Assembly: GCF_000009705.1 (NCBI RefSeq)
Contig: NC_003272.1
Coordinates: forward strand, 3,120,001-3,152,000
Reading direction: 5' to 3'
Source: Nostoc sp. PCC 7120 = FACHB-418
GTDB taxonomy: Bacteria > Cyanobacteriota > Cyanobacteriia > Cyanobacteriales > Nostocaceae
Length of the DNA stretch: 32,000 bases
Under the pieces are notes generated by a model. The model searched no databases. It had not been told where the DNA came from and saw nothing but the letters and a program-made list of their open reading frames with translations. Of this stretch, positions 16,795-26,062 are shown one piece after another (position 1 is the stretch's first letter; every line of letters begins with the position of its first letter). Made by a program: the position numbers and the translations under genes.

Positions 16795-19419
16795 TTGTGG
16801 GTGAGTAGAGTGATGTCAAATCAGTTACAAAAACTAGCTTGGATGATCGGTGTGGCTTTGGTACTGGTTAACCCCCCTGTATTAGCAGAGGATAGCCAAA
16901 AACCAATCTCTAAAATTTCTCAATTGGATGATGTAGAAAAACCTGCTACCAGTATTAAGCAATGGCTGGCTCAGTCGCTAATTCAAATTACAGGTGTCAA
17001 GTCCCAAACCACAGGCAAAGGGATAGAGGTAACTTTAGAAACTAATCAATCAGATAAACTGCAACTGGTAAATAAGAGTGAAGGGAATAGCTATATTGTT
17101 GATATTCCCAATGCTCAATTACGCCTACCTAGTGGCGATACATTCCGTCAAGAGAAAGCGACTGCGGGAATTAGTGAAGTTATAGTCACAAATTTAGATG
17201 CAAACACTGTTCGCGTGACAGTGACGGGTGAAACTGGTGCGCCGCAAGTTGAGTTATTTGATGGTGATGAAGGTTTGGTGTTTGGGGCTGTACCAACTGT
17301 GACGACTACACAAACACCACAGACACAACCCACGCCAGTAGAACCACAACCCAGCACTGAAACCCAGCCAGAACAGCCATCTGCACAGGGTGAACCAGAA
17401 GCACCTATTGAATTATTAGTCACAGGTGAGCAAAATAGATACCGTGTACCCAATGCTTCTACTGGAACGAGAACTGATACTCTGATCCGAGATATTCCTC
17501 AGACTATTCAAGTAGTTCCTGAACAAGTGATCAAAGATCAAAGAGTCACCCGTTTAAGAGACGCGCTGCTGAATATTGGTGGTGTGGTTCAAGATGGTGG
17601 GTTTGGTAGTACATCAGACCAAATCGGTATTCGGGGATTTTTTGGTGATGGTACTTTTGGTGGGAGTATTTTAGTTGATGGTTTCAAAGATGGACGAGGT
17701 GGTATTAGAGAGACTGCAAACGTTGAACGGATAGAAGTTCTCAAAGGGCCAGCTTCTGTTTTATATGGTGGCGTTCAACCAGGGGGAGTAATTAATTTAG
17801 TTACAAAGCAGCCTCTAAGAGATCCCTACTATAATGCTGAATTGTCAGTGGGTAGTTTCTCCACATTCCGCCCTAGTATTGATATCTCTGGACCACTAAA
17901 TTCTGATAAAACTCTGCTCTATAGGCTCAATTCTGTTTACGAAACTTCTGATGGTTTCCGTGATTTTAATCAAGATGTTCAAAGATTCTTTATTTCACCC
18001 ACTTTAAAATGGGAAATTGGCAAAGCAACTAACTTAACGCTTCAATTCGACTATCTCAACGATGAGCGTCCATTTGATCGGGGATTTTTAGCCTTTGGTG
18101 AGGGTATTATTGATACTCCTCTAGAGCGTTTTTTTGGTGAACCAGATGATGTCAGAAAAGTTGAAGAAATAGGCTTGAGCTATCGTTTAGAGCATAACTT
18201 TAACGATAATTGGAAAATCCGTAATGCTTTCCGATATCAAAGTTCAGATACTTTTGATTATCGTGCTGAACCTGTGAGATTAAATGAAACAACAGGCATT
18301 CTCACACGGAACTTTAGATCCAATGATGATTATGAAGAAAATTATACTTTACAAACTGATGTAGTTGGTAAGTTTATTACAGGCTCGATTAATCATACTC
18401 TTTTGTTTGGTGTTGACTTAGCTAGATTCACATCAGGAGGAACTCAAAGCCGATTACCAGGAGTAATTACACCCAGTATTAATGTATTCAATCCAGTTTA
18501 CAATGCCATACCCAGACCTGGTTTAGACGAATTAACAAACGTTGTGCGTAATAACCAGGATAGAAGCACTGGTCTAGGAATTTTCTTGCAAAACCAAATA
18601 GCGTTTGCAGATAATTTAAAATTGCTTGTTGGTGGACGGTTTGATACTGTCGATCAAAATAGTACAGATTTACGGGATGGTTCTGAATCTGGTCGCTATG
18701 ATTCCGCTTTCACTCCCAGATTGGGTATTGTTTATCAACCGATTGAACCTATTTCTCTTTATGCTAGTTACAGCCAATCATTTCAACCAAATTTTGGTAC
18801 AAGAGTAGATGGTTCAATTCTAGAAGCTGAACGGGGAACTCAATACGAAGTAGGAGTAAAAGGTGAATTTTTGGATGGCAGATTAGCGGCTACTTTGGCA
18901 GCTTATCACATTACAAAATCCAACATTGCTGCCACTGATCTTGATAATCCAGACTTTCTTCTTCCTATAGGTGAACAACGTAACCAAGGTATTGAACTCA
19001 ATGTGGCAGGAGAAATTAGTCCTGGTTGGAATGTGATTGCATCTTATTCCCATATTGATGCCGAGATTACCAGAGATAATGACGGTTTGCAGGGAAATCG
19101 TCCAGCTAATGTCCCATTTAATACAGCCAGTTTCTGGACAACTTACGAATTGCAACAAGGTGATTTGCAAGGATTAGGTTTTGGTTTAGGGTTATTTTAT
19201 GTAGGCGATCGCCAAGGTGACTCTAGTAATACATATATCATCCCTGGCTATCTCAGAACAGATGCAGCAATCTACTATAAACGTGATAATTGGCGTGCGG
19301 GGATTAATATCCAAAATCTCTTTAACGAAAAACATTATCTAGGAGCAAATTTCGGTAGAGTTGCCATAGAACCGGGCGCACCATTAACAGTGATTGGTAG
19401 TTTTTCTGTGACATTTTAA
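16795..19419 (+). CDS. TonB-dependent siderophore receptor with N-terminal AMIN-like domain (intact)
   Basis: Track start is TTG 16795; ATG 16813 (MSNQLQKLAWMIGVALVLV) is probable. Contains an AMIN-like block, a PT/Q-rich linker, a plug (IEVLKGPASVLYGGVQPGGVINLVTKQP), a long barrel and a terminal aromatic residue (...GSFSVTF). Confidence 0.9.
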   Translation: MWVSRVMSNQLQKLAWMIGVALVLVNPPVLAEDSQKPISKISQLDDVEKPATSIKQWLAQSLIQITGVKSQTTGKGIEVTLETNQSDKLQLVNKSEGNSYIVDIPNAQLRLPSGDTFRQEKATAGISEVIVTNLDANTVRVTVTGETGAPQVELFDGDEGLVFGAVPTVTTTQTPQTQPTPVEPQPSTETQPEQPSAQGEPEAPIELLVTGEQNRYRVPNASTGTRTDTLIRDIPQTIQVVPEQVIKDQRVTRLRDALLNIGGVVQDGGFGSTSDQIGIRGFFGDGTFGGSILVDGFKDGRGGIRETANVERIEVLKGPASVLYGGVQPGGVINLVTKQPLRDPYYNAELSVGSFSTFRPSIDISGPLNSDKTLLYRLNSVYETSDGFRDFNQDVQRFFISPTLKWEIGKATNLTLQFDYLNDERPFDRGFLAFGEGIIDTPLERFFGEPDDVRKVEEIGLSYRLEHNFNDNWKIRNAFRYQSSDTFDYRAEPVRLNETTGILTRNFRSNDDYEENYTLQTDVVGKFITGSINHTLLFGVDLARFTSGGTQSRLPGVITPSINVFNPVYNAIPRPGLDELTNVVRNNQDRSTGLGIFLQNQIAFADNLKLLVGGRFDTVDQNSTDLRDGSESGRYDSAFTPRLGIVYQPIEPISLYASYSQSFQPNFGTRVDGSILEAERGTQYEVGVKGEFLDGRLAATLAAYHITKSNIAATDLDNPDFLLPIGEQRNQGIELNVAGEISPGWNVIASYSHIDAEITRDNDGLQGNRPANVPFNTASFWTTYELQQGDLQGLGFGLGLFYVGDRQGDSSNTYIIPGYLRTDAAIYYKRDNWRAGINIQNLFNEKHYLGANFGRVAIEPGAPLTVIGSFSVTF

Positions 19420-19456
19420 TTTGTCAAAAATCAGGCTTTAAGTATGAGATTCCATC

Positions 19457-20452
19457 ATGAATGACAGTTATATCAAAATCAAAAACTTGACTCGCTGGTG
19501 GCGATTTGGGATTGTACTATTTTGTAGTCTAATCCTATCTATAGCTTGTCATCGTGATGGTTCTCTACCTGTTAATTATCAAAATACAAATGCAGCTTGT
19601 CGTCAGATGGAACACGCTGCGGGAATTGCCTGTATTCCCGAAAAGTTTGAGCGACTTGTGACTTTAGATGATGGAGAAAATGCGATCGCACTAGGTATTA
19701 AACCTCTTGGTGCTGTAATCTCCGATTTTTCATCATTTTGGAAAGATAAGCTCACAGGAGTAAAAAACATTGGGACAACTGGTGAACCTAATTTAGAAAG
19801 TATTCTTGCACTCAAACCAGATTTAATTGTCGGTTCTGACTATGAACAAGATATTTATCCTATTACTTCAAAAATTGCTCCAACCGTTTTGTTGAAATTT
19901 GAACACAGTGGTCAATGGAAAGAGGTATTTACAAATACTAGTGTGGCGTTAGGTAAGACAGAAGTTGGTCAAAAGGTAATGGAAAATTATTACCGTCGTC
20001 TTGCAGAATTTAAGCAGAAGATGGGTAATAAGTTGTCAAAAATTAAAGTTTCTGTAGTGCGCGTATATCCAGATAAAATAAACCTTTATCTCCTTGATTC
20101 CTTCTGCGGAACTATTTTGCAAGATGCCGGATTATCTCGCCCCGAATCGCAAAATTTCACGGCATCAGAAGCAACAATTTTATTTAATAATCAGATTCAA
20201 ATGTCCATCAGTAATGAATTAATCGAACAAGCTGATGGTGATGTTATATTTATCTGGACGGCTGAGAATGATGCCAAAGGTAATCAAACAGCACAATATA
20301 AATTAGAGCAACTTAAAGCAAGTCCACTGTGGAGAAATTTAAAAGCTGTAAAAGAAAATAAGGTTTATGTAGTTCCAAGTTACTGGATAGGGAGTGGTAT
20401 GTTAGCGGCAAACGCAATTATTGATGATTTATTTAAGTATCTAACAAATTAA
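19457..20452 (+). CDS. Iron-siderophore ABC substrate-binding lipoprotein (FhuD/PF01497-like)
   Basis: ATG start, lipobox LILSIAC, conserved LKPDLIVGSDY and KVYVVPS motifs. It lies 37 nt downstream of the receptor. Confidence 0.85.
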   Translation: MNDSYIKIKNLTRWWRFGIVLFCSLILSIACHRDGSLPVNYQNTNAACRQMEHAAGIACIPEKFERLVTLDDGENAIALGIKPLGAVISDFSSFWKDKLTGVKNIGTTGEPNLESILALKPDLIVGSDYEQDIYPITSKIAPTVLLKFEHSGQWKEVFTNTSVALGKTEVGQKVMENYYRRLAEFKQKMGNKLSKIKVSVVRVYPDKINLYLLDSFCGTILQDAGLSRPESQNFTASEATILFNNQIQMSISNELIEQADGDVIFIWTAENDAKGNQTAQYKLEQLKASPLWRNLKAVKENKVYVVPSYWIGSGMLAANAIIDDLFKYLTN

Positions 20453-20479
20453 TTATTAACTTAGTATAAATAGGGAAGG

Positions 20480-20755
20480 CTAAAATTTTACCAGCCCCTT
20501 CGGGGCAGAAGCAAGAGGGAACATAAGAGAAGATGAGCATCGGATGTAAGGTTTAAAGCCTCACCCCTGGTGTGCATACTCCTTTCCTGCGGAACGCTAC
20601 GCGAACGGTGAAGCAAGCTACGCGGTAGCATCTCGTCAGAGAAAAAACCTGATTTTCCTTGGCGTAGCCTCTCGTAGAGAAGGTAGGTAGAAATCACACT
20701 CTCCTGGTGGGCGGCTGAGTTTCCCTATTCCCCGTTCCCTATTCCCGGTTCCCTT
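20480..20755. repeat. Repeat-rich structured intergenic block ending in an STRR array
   Basis: Several small GC-rich palindromes and direct repeats of the gctacgcg / cgtagc type (gctacgcgaacggtgaagcaagctacgcggtagc; ggcgtagcctctcgtagag). These are followed by five TTCCCNN heptamers at 20721..20755. Confidence 0.45.
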
Positions 20756-20758
20756 TCA

Positions 20759-21580
20759 TTGAAAAACCATCGCCCCCTCACCTGCATGAATATTCAAATA
20801 AGCTCTAATTCTCTAAATATTTATTCGATTTTGAGTCAATCTCAACGCTTGCGAGTTAGCGATGGAGAGATTAAACCCGTTTTAGATGGCTGCATCTATC
20901 CGTCAAAGTTACTTGTACTAATTTGGTCACAGTTAGGGGATTTTGATAATTTAGAATATGCTTGGTGGCTGCAAAGAGAAAAAGAACAGATCGCAGCCAG
21001 AGGAATTAGAATTTGCGCTATTGGAATTGGCGATCGCAATTCTGGACTCAAGTTTTGCGAATATACGGGCTTCCCTCAAGAATGGTTGTTTGTAGATGCA
21101 AAAGCTGAAATTCACCGCATTTTAGGGCTTTATCGCGGTTTATCTCTACAATTTCCCATGCTATCCAATTCACAAAAAGCATGGCTGAATTTAATGCTCA
21201 TGTGTGCTGGGATTGGTAGTCCCGGAACTCTCAAGGAAGTTTTCCGGGGTTATAAGGGTGACAAGAAAGCACCTCAGTTAATTGCTGATGAGGAAGTTGT
21301 GAGGGGTACACCTTTACCACCAATGAAAGGTTCATTTTTCAAAGCTGCTGGCGGAAAAGGCTTTCAGCGTCCTTTTGAACTAGCAACCCTGCGCTTGCGA
21401 AATATGACTGAAGTTTTGAGCAACTGGAGTACTTATGTACCGGATTCATCTTATTTGACCCAGCGCGGAGGAACTTTTCTATTTGATTCTCAAGGGAAAT
21501 TAATTTATGAGCATCGCGATCGCGGTATCCTGGGTTTTGCAGAAAATATGAGCAATCCCTTATCTTTTTTATACGAATAG
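20759..21580 (+). CDS. Thioredoxin-fold, AhpC/TSA_2 (peroxiredoxin-like) family protein
   Basis: 273-aa ORF from TTG; ATG at 20786 (MNIQISS) is more likely. The call rests on my recollection of a family conserved in cyanobacteria and plants (LLVLIWSQLGDFD..EYAWWL) and was not verified. Confidence 0.45.
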   Translation: MKNHRPLTCMNIQISSNSLNIYSILSQSQRLRVSDGEIKPVLDGCIYPSKLLVLIWSQLGDFDNLEYAWWLQREKEQIAARGIRICAIGIGDRNSGLKFCEYTGFPQEWLFVDAKAEIHRILGLYRGLSLQFPMLSNSQKAWLNLMLMCAGIGSPGTLKEVFRGYKGDKKAPQLIADEEVVRGTPLPPMKGSFFKAAGGKGFQRPFELATLRLRNMTEVLSNWSTYVPDSSYLTQRGGTFLFDSQGKLIYEHRDRGILGFAENMSNPLSFLYE

Positions 21581-22154
21581 ATAGTAAGCGGAGAAGAGAA
21601 GTTGTCATCTAGAGTTTAAGACAATTCCTGGACAAAAAAAACCTAAAGAATATGTGTACGCCCTAGCCTACAAGGAGAGAGGTCAGAGTGTATCGCATAC
21701 AAACGAGAAGCTCTATATGTTATCTGGTGGATTTTTAGCCAGTTGTAGTGAAGCGGTGATTCAGTGCTGAGATTTTACTTTCTATCTATGTAGCGTTAAT
21801 CTACAGCACCTCATCAACAACTGGCGATAGGGTGGGCATCCTAAGGGTTATTTTAGGTAACTTTTATCCCTTAGCTGAAGTTCTACTATCCCGTGACCCT
21901 CTTGTGATCTTATTTAAACTGTTACAGCACAATCTTAGTTGCCAAAATGCCACAAAAATTTTTTGGCGAGTTCTGAGTAAAAAATACTTTCCTATGGTTT
22001 TCTCACAACTTCGATTAATTCGTTTCACACTATGCACAATAAAGCATTTTTGACTAGGGTCAGTTTAGAAACTGGCACTGATTAACCGCTTATTTTTATC
22101 CGAAAAAAGATATTCTGTATTAGTGCAAGGAGTGATACCTCTGAACTTAAATGT

Positions 22155-22487
22155 TTGTTACAGGGAATTGCTGTAATGCTTCCACTGAAAGGCTTATTGC
22201 ATATTTCAACTGTTACACATGATAAGAAAGATGGTATAAACTTACACGATAAGCGCTTAGTAAGTAAAACTATGAGCGCTTTTTCGTGTATCGTCCAACA
22301 GTCTTGTGTTAAAGATTTAAGGTTGCCACAATTTAAGTTTTGTAAAGCTGTTGATAAACCTCTGGGTGATTTTAGAGGTTTGATTTACAAAGTATTTGGT
22401 GATAAATTGGCAAAACTTTGGTTACAAGGGCTATCAGGCAATATATGTACTGATGCCGATGTTGATACTCGTAAGCAAGGGCATTGA
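22155..22487 (+). CDS. Hypothetical protein (weak call)
   Basis: 110-aa ORF from TTG, with an internal ATG giving 71 aa. I recognise no family. Its only support is a hairpin 28 nt after the stop. Confidence 0.2.
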   Translation: MLQGIAVMLPLKGLLHISTVTHDKKDGINLHDKRLVSKTMSAFSCIVQQSCVKDLRLPQFKFCKAVDKPLGDFRGLIYKVFGDKLAKLWLQGLSGNICTDADVDTRKQGH

Positions 22488-22514
22488 GGCTTAAGTTGAC
22501 ACTTCATCATATTA

Positions 22515-22550
22515 AGACCATGTGGGTTTATGATTCACCCACATAGGTCT
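22515..22550. terminator. Hairpin between convergent ORF 22155..22487 and rpmB (possible terminator)
   Basis: agaccatgtggg / cccacataggtct form a 12-bp stem with one bulge and an 11-nt loop. The U-tail is only ttt on the plus strand and there is none on the minus strand. Confidence 0.35.
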
Positions 22551-22659
22551 TTGAGGCAGAAAATGTGGCACCAAGGGCAATTTTAATTAAGTATTTTCTG
22601 AAGATACGGAAATTAACCAGAAAATAAAATTAGCGAATTCCCAACCTATTATGAGAAGT

Positions 22660-22896
22660 TTAGTAATGGTTGAGGTTAATCCCAGCTTCTTTTGCCATTG
22701 CTTCTAAACCTTTGACCTCTAAAGTTTTAATGGCTTTGGTAGATAGCTTTAGTTTTACCCAACGGTTACCACTTGGCCACCAAACGCGCTTGTTTTGCAG
22801 GTTTACTTGTTGTAAGCGTTTGGTGCGACGGTGGGAGTGGGAAACAGCAAAAGCGTTATTTGCCTTTTTACCAGTTAGATCACATCGACGAGACAT
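22660..22896 (-). CDS. rpmB: 50S ribosomal protein L28
   Basis: 78 aa: [40 protein letters not shown]..., the canonical L28 sequence. Confidence 0.95.
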   Translation of the reverse strand: MSRRCDLTGKKANNAFAVSHSHRRTKRLQQVNLQNKRVWWPSGNRWVKLKLSTKAIKTLEVKGLEAMAKEAGINLNHY

Positions 22897-23068
22897 TATG
22901 TTGTATCTCCAGATTACTATTTAAGTACAGCCTTTCTATTTTAGAAGCTCTAGGATGAATATTGGGGTTAGATTGATTTAAAATTCCAAATTCGTCTTGG
23001 AAAGTCTGAGATAATGAAACAGCCCTGCTTTTTTTAAGGGGGCTAGGGGGGATGAAAACGTTGCATGG

Positions 23069-25258
23069 CTAGGTTATTTCCCCAAACTTAGGACTCCACC
23101 AACCTTTTGCAGTGTGGAAATAAGCCACATCTTTATGCTTTTTGTCAGTGCGAGATGAGGATGCAGAGCAACGCAGCATAGTTTTTTTCTGTCCATCTTT
23201 GGTGTAAGTATACTCTTCCAAAGGTTTTTTACATACTGGACAGGGGTATGCTGTCAACTGAGTGGGAAGTTTTGTTGAAGGTGAGAGATGATTCTTTTCC
23301 CCATTTTCTGCCATCTTGTCATCTTTTGTTCGTGGCGCTTGCCAAGTCTTACTAAATTCACTCCAAAATAAGACAGTGTTTTCACAACCGCTAGTGCATT
23401 TGAGGAAGTATTTTTTCTTCAGTTTACTGCTGGGAATTTTGCTGAGAAAGTTATTGCAATCAGGGCAGCGAGTCCGGCTGGTATCGTATTGACGCGCGGG
23501 AAAAGTTTTTGTCGTCTTGCCTGAATCGACAGTGACAGTCTTAGCTTTGGCTAAAGCTGGGGCAAAATAATTCTGATTCCAAGTGGTCAAGTATATCTGC
23601 CAAGGTTGTTTACCTTCAGCGATCGCATCGAGGGCATTTTCCATTTTGGCAGTAAATTCTGCTTCTAGTAAATCCGGTAGGGCTTTTTGTAAGAAAGTAT
23701 CAACTTCTAAACCTAGATTTGTTGGGTGTAAGTTGTCTTTGGTCAGTTCGACGTAACCCCGTTTCTTCAGGGTGGCGATGGTGGGAGAATAGGTACTGGG
23801 ACGACCAATGCCTTTACGTTCCATAAGTTGCACTAACTTTGGTTCGCTGTAGCGTGGTGGAGGTTGGGTTTGTTTTTTCTCGTGACCGGCATTTTCTAAA
23901 GTTACCATTTGCCCTTGTTGCAAGGTGGGTAAGAGGGTATCCTTGCTGAGATTAGGCCAGTAGCGGGTATAACCGAGAAATTCTACTACTTGTCCTCTTG
24001 CTTGCCAAAGAATTTGACCAGACTGGGTGATTACGACCGTTTTGCGTAGTTGGGCTGGACGACATTGGGAAGCGATCGCCCGTTTCCAAATCATCACATA
24101 CAAGTTAAACTCATCCGTGGATAGTTCTATTCGCAACTGGGCGGAAGGACGAAACACATCAGTGGGGCGAATTGCTTCGTGTCCTTGTTGGGCTGTCTTG
24201 CTACTGCGATGTCTGGCAACCTGTGTCGGTACATTCTGCGGGTCATTTTGTTCCAACCACTGACGCGCACTTTCACAAAACTCTGGACTCAACATTACCG
24301 AGTCTGTCCGCATATATGTAATCAACCCAGCCTCATACAACTTTTGGGCTAGCTGCATCGTCTTCTCTGGTGCAAACTTCAACTTAGAACCAGCCGCTTG
24401 TTGCAGAGTGGAAGTAATAAAAGGTGGCGGTGGTTGACGGTTGGCAACTTTTCCCTCATACTGCACGATTTGGTGGGGATGACGGCGTGCTTCTTCTACT
24501 AAACGGTTAGCTTCGGCTTCTGCAAGTACGCGGGTAGACTCAGGCGCAGTTGTGCTATTTCCCGCCGCATCATCATGAATTTCTACTTCTGCTTCTGGAG
24601 AGTTTGAGCGAGTGTTAACTGCACCTTTATAGAAAGCGCGGAAACCTTCAACATAATCAACCCAAACACTCCAATAATCTTGAGGTACAAAACTTTGAAT
24701 TTCCCTCTCCCGTTGACAAATCAGGTGGAGTGTAGAACTCTGCACTCTCCCCACACTCTTGGCCCCATTATTTAACGCCCAAACCAGAGGACTACCCTTA
24801 TACCCGACCAACTTATCTAGACAATCTCGACACAATCCCGCCCCGACTAAATTTAAGTCCAGTTTGCGCGGATGAGCGATCGCACTCTGTACCGCCGAGG
24901 CTGTAATCTCTGTATAGACAACCCGTTTCGGTTCTCTCAATCCCAAAACTTCCTTGAGATGCCAAGCAATGGTTTCTCCTTCCCTATCCGGGTCAGTCCC
25001 TAACACAACTTCACTTACCTGCTTCGCCGCACTCTTTAACTGCTGGATAGTTTCTTTTGAACGTTGGTCACGCGGTACGTAGTGACACTGCACACTACTA
25101 CCATCCATGCTGAACCCCAAAGCATCCTCACCCTCATCACTCAGTTCCCGAATATGTCCACAAGAAGCACGGACAATCCACTCAGAACCCAAAATTTGAC
25201 TGAGCTTTTTCACTTTACCCGGAGATTCAACCACTAGCAGGCGTTTCGGCATAAACAA
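23069..25258 (-). CDS. Type IA DNA topoisomerase with two C-terminal zinc ribbons
   Basis: Toprim motifs VVESPGK and DPDREGE, active-site region GLITYMRTDS. C-terminal CPDC..C..C and CPVC..C motifs. Track start is TTG 25258; ATG 25252 (MPKRLLVV) is probable. Confidence 0.9.
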   Translation of the reverse strand: MFMPKRLLVVESPGKVKKLSQILGSEWIVRASCGHIRELSDEGEDALGFSMDGSSVQCHYVPRDQRSKETIQQLKSAAKQVSEVVLGTDPDREGETIAWHLKEVLGLREPKRVVYTEITASAVQSAIAHPRKLDLNLVGAGLCRDCLDKLVGYKGSPLVWALNNGAKSVGRVQSSTLHLICQREREIQSFVPQDYWSVWVDYVEGFRAFYKGAVNTRSNSPEAEVEIHDDAAGNSTTAPESTRVLAEAEANRLVEEARRHPHQIVQYEGKVANRQPPPPFITSTLQQAAGSKLKFAPEKTMQLAQKLYEAGLITYMRTDSVMLSPEFCESARQWLEQNDPQNVPTQVARHRSSKTAQQGHEAIRPTDVFRPSAQLRIELSTDEFNLYVMIWKRAIASQCRPAQLRKTVVITQSGQILWQARGQVVEFLGYTRYWPNLSKDTLLPTLQQGQMVTLENAGHEKKQTQPPPRYSEPKLVQLMERKGIGRPSTYSPTIATLKKRGYVELTKDNLHPTNLGLEVDTFLQKALPDLLEAEFTAKMENALDAIAEGKQPWQIYLTTWNQNYFAPALAKAKTVTVDSGKTTKTFPARQYDTSRTRCPDCNNFLSKIPSSKLKKKYFLKCTSGCENTVLFWSEFSKTWQAPRTKDDKMAENGEKNHLSPSTKLPTQLTAYPCPVCKKPLEEYTYTKDGQKKTMLRCSASSSRTDKKHKDVAYFHTAKGWWSPKFGEIT

Positions 25259-25795
25259 TTCAAAAGTAAGAAAAAGGGAACAGCAAAAATCAAATTGCTC
25301 TACTCTCGCGTCCCATATAGCGATACCATTACCCCCATCCTTAAAGCTAATTCGTCAAGAAAATATCAAGGTGTTCTGGGTAAGCTTAAGTAGATTTTAG
25401 ACCAGATGCGGTTGAATGGTCGCAGTGAAAATGACTCGTCTGCTGGAGATAGCTAATACCGAACAAAAACTTTATCCCAACTATCCCCCAGCAGTGCGTT
25501 TAACAAACAATCAGTCCACTCGTGAGGGTTTAAATCAAAGTGTGCTTTGTCAATGAGCTAAAATACTCAAAGCTTTAGATATAAGAATGATAATCACGTC
25601 ACATCCTGGGAACTTTGCGGGTCTTTGGCATCGCCAATCCCAATGTAAAGCATTTAAGATTTTTTCAGATCCAGAAGTAGAAATATTCTTGACATAGTTA
25701 ATTTTAATTTCTTCTAACGTATCGATGAGCAAAGCTTGAAATTCTTGAATGTTATGCTGTTTCTGCCTTTACTATCTTTTACTACTACTTTACAA

Positions 25796-25966
25796 CTAGC
25801 TTTTTTCAACCAAATTATGACTTAGCAATGTTATATTTTCATTACTATTATTTGTATTTTTTTGTTCAGATCCAGGACGGTATTGTAGCCAAGCAAATAA
25901 GGCGGCAGTACCTAAAAAAGTTATAGTTATAGTGGCTACAATTTGCAGCATGATACTGTAACGCAT
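25796..25966 (-). CDS. Hypothetical 56-aa single-span membrane micro-protein (below the ORF-track cutoff)
   Basis: Hand translation: MRYSIMLQIVATITITFLGTAALFAWLQYRPGSEQKNTNNSNENITLLSHNLVEKS*. It lies 96 nt downstream of the ferric-reductase-like gene on the same strand. Confidence 0.3.
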   Translation of the reverse strand: MRYSIMLQIVATITITFLGTAALFAWLQYRPGSEQKNTNNSNENITLLSHNLVEKS

Positions 25967-26062
25967 GATCAAAAAAGGTAGTTTTTTTGCTGTAAAAACT
26001 CAAGTCTCATCAAATTCTGGGACTATATTTGTTAATTAAGTTGGGATAATTAATCAGTTGGG

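Noticed and set aside
17148-19815. ORFs 17148..17453(-), 18626..18808(+), 18883..19170(-) and 19603..19815(-).
   Set aside because: They are embedded in the intact receptor and binding-protein genes, in other frames or on the other strand.
20488-20697. 69-aa ORF MISTYLLYERLRQGKSGFF....
   Set aside because: It lies entirely within palindromic repeat DNA, has Arg/Ser/Leu-biased composition and no ribosome-binding context. It is most likely spurious.
22670-22958. Plus-strand ORFs 22670..22924 and 22773..22958.
   Set aside because: They are antisense to the unmistakable rpmB gene.
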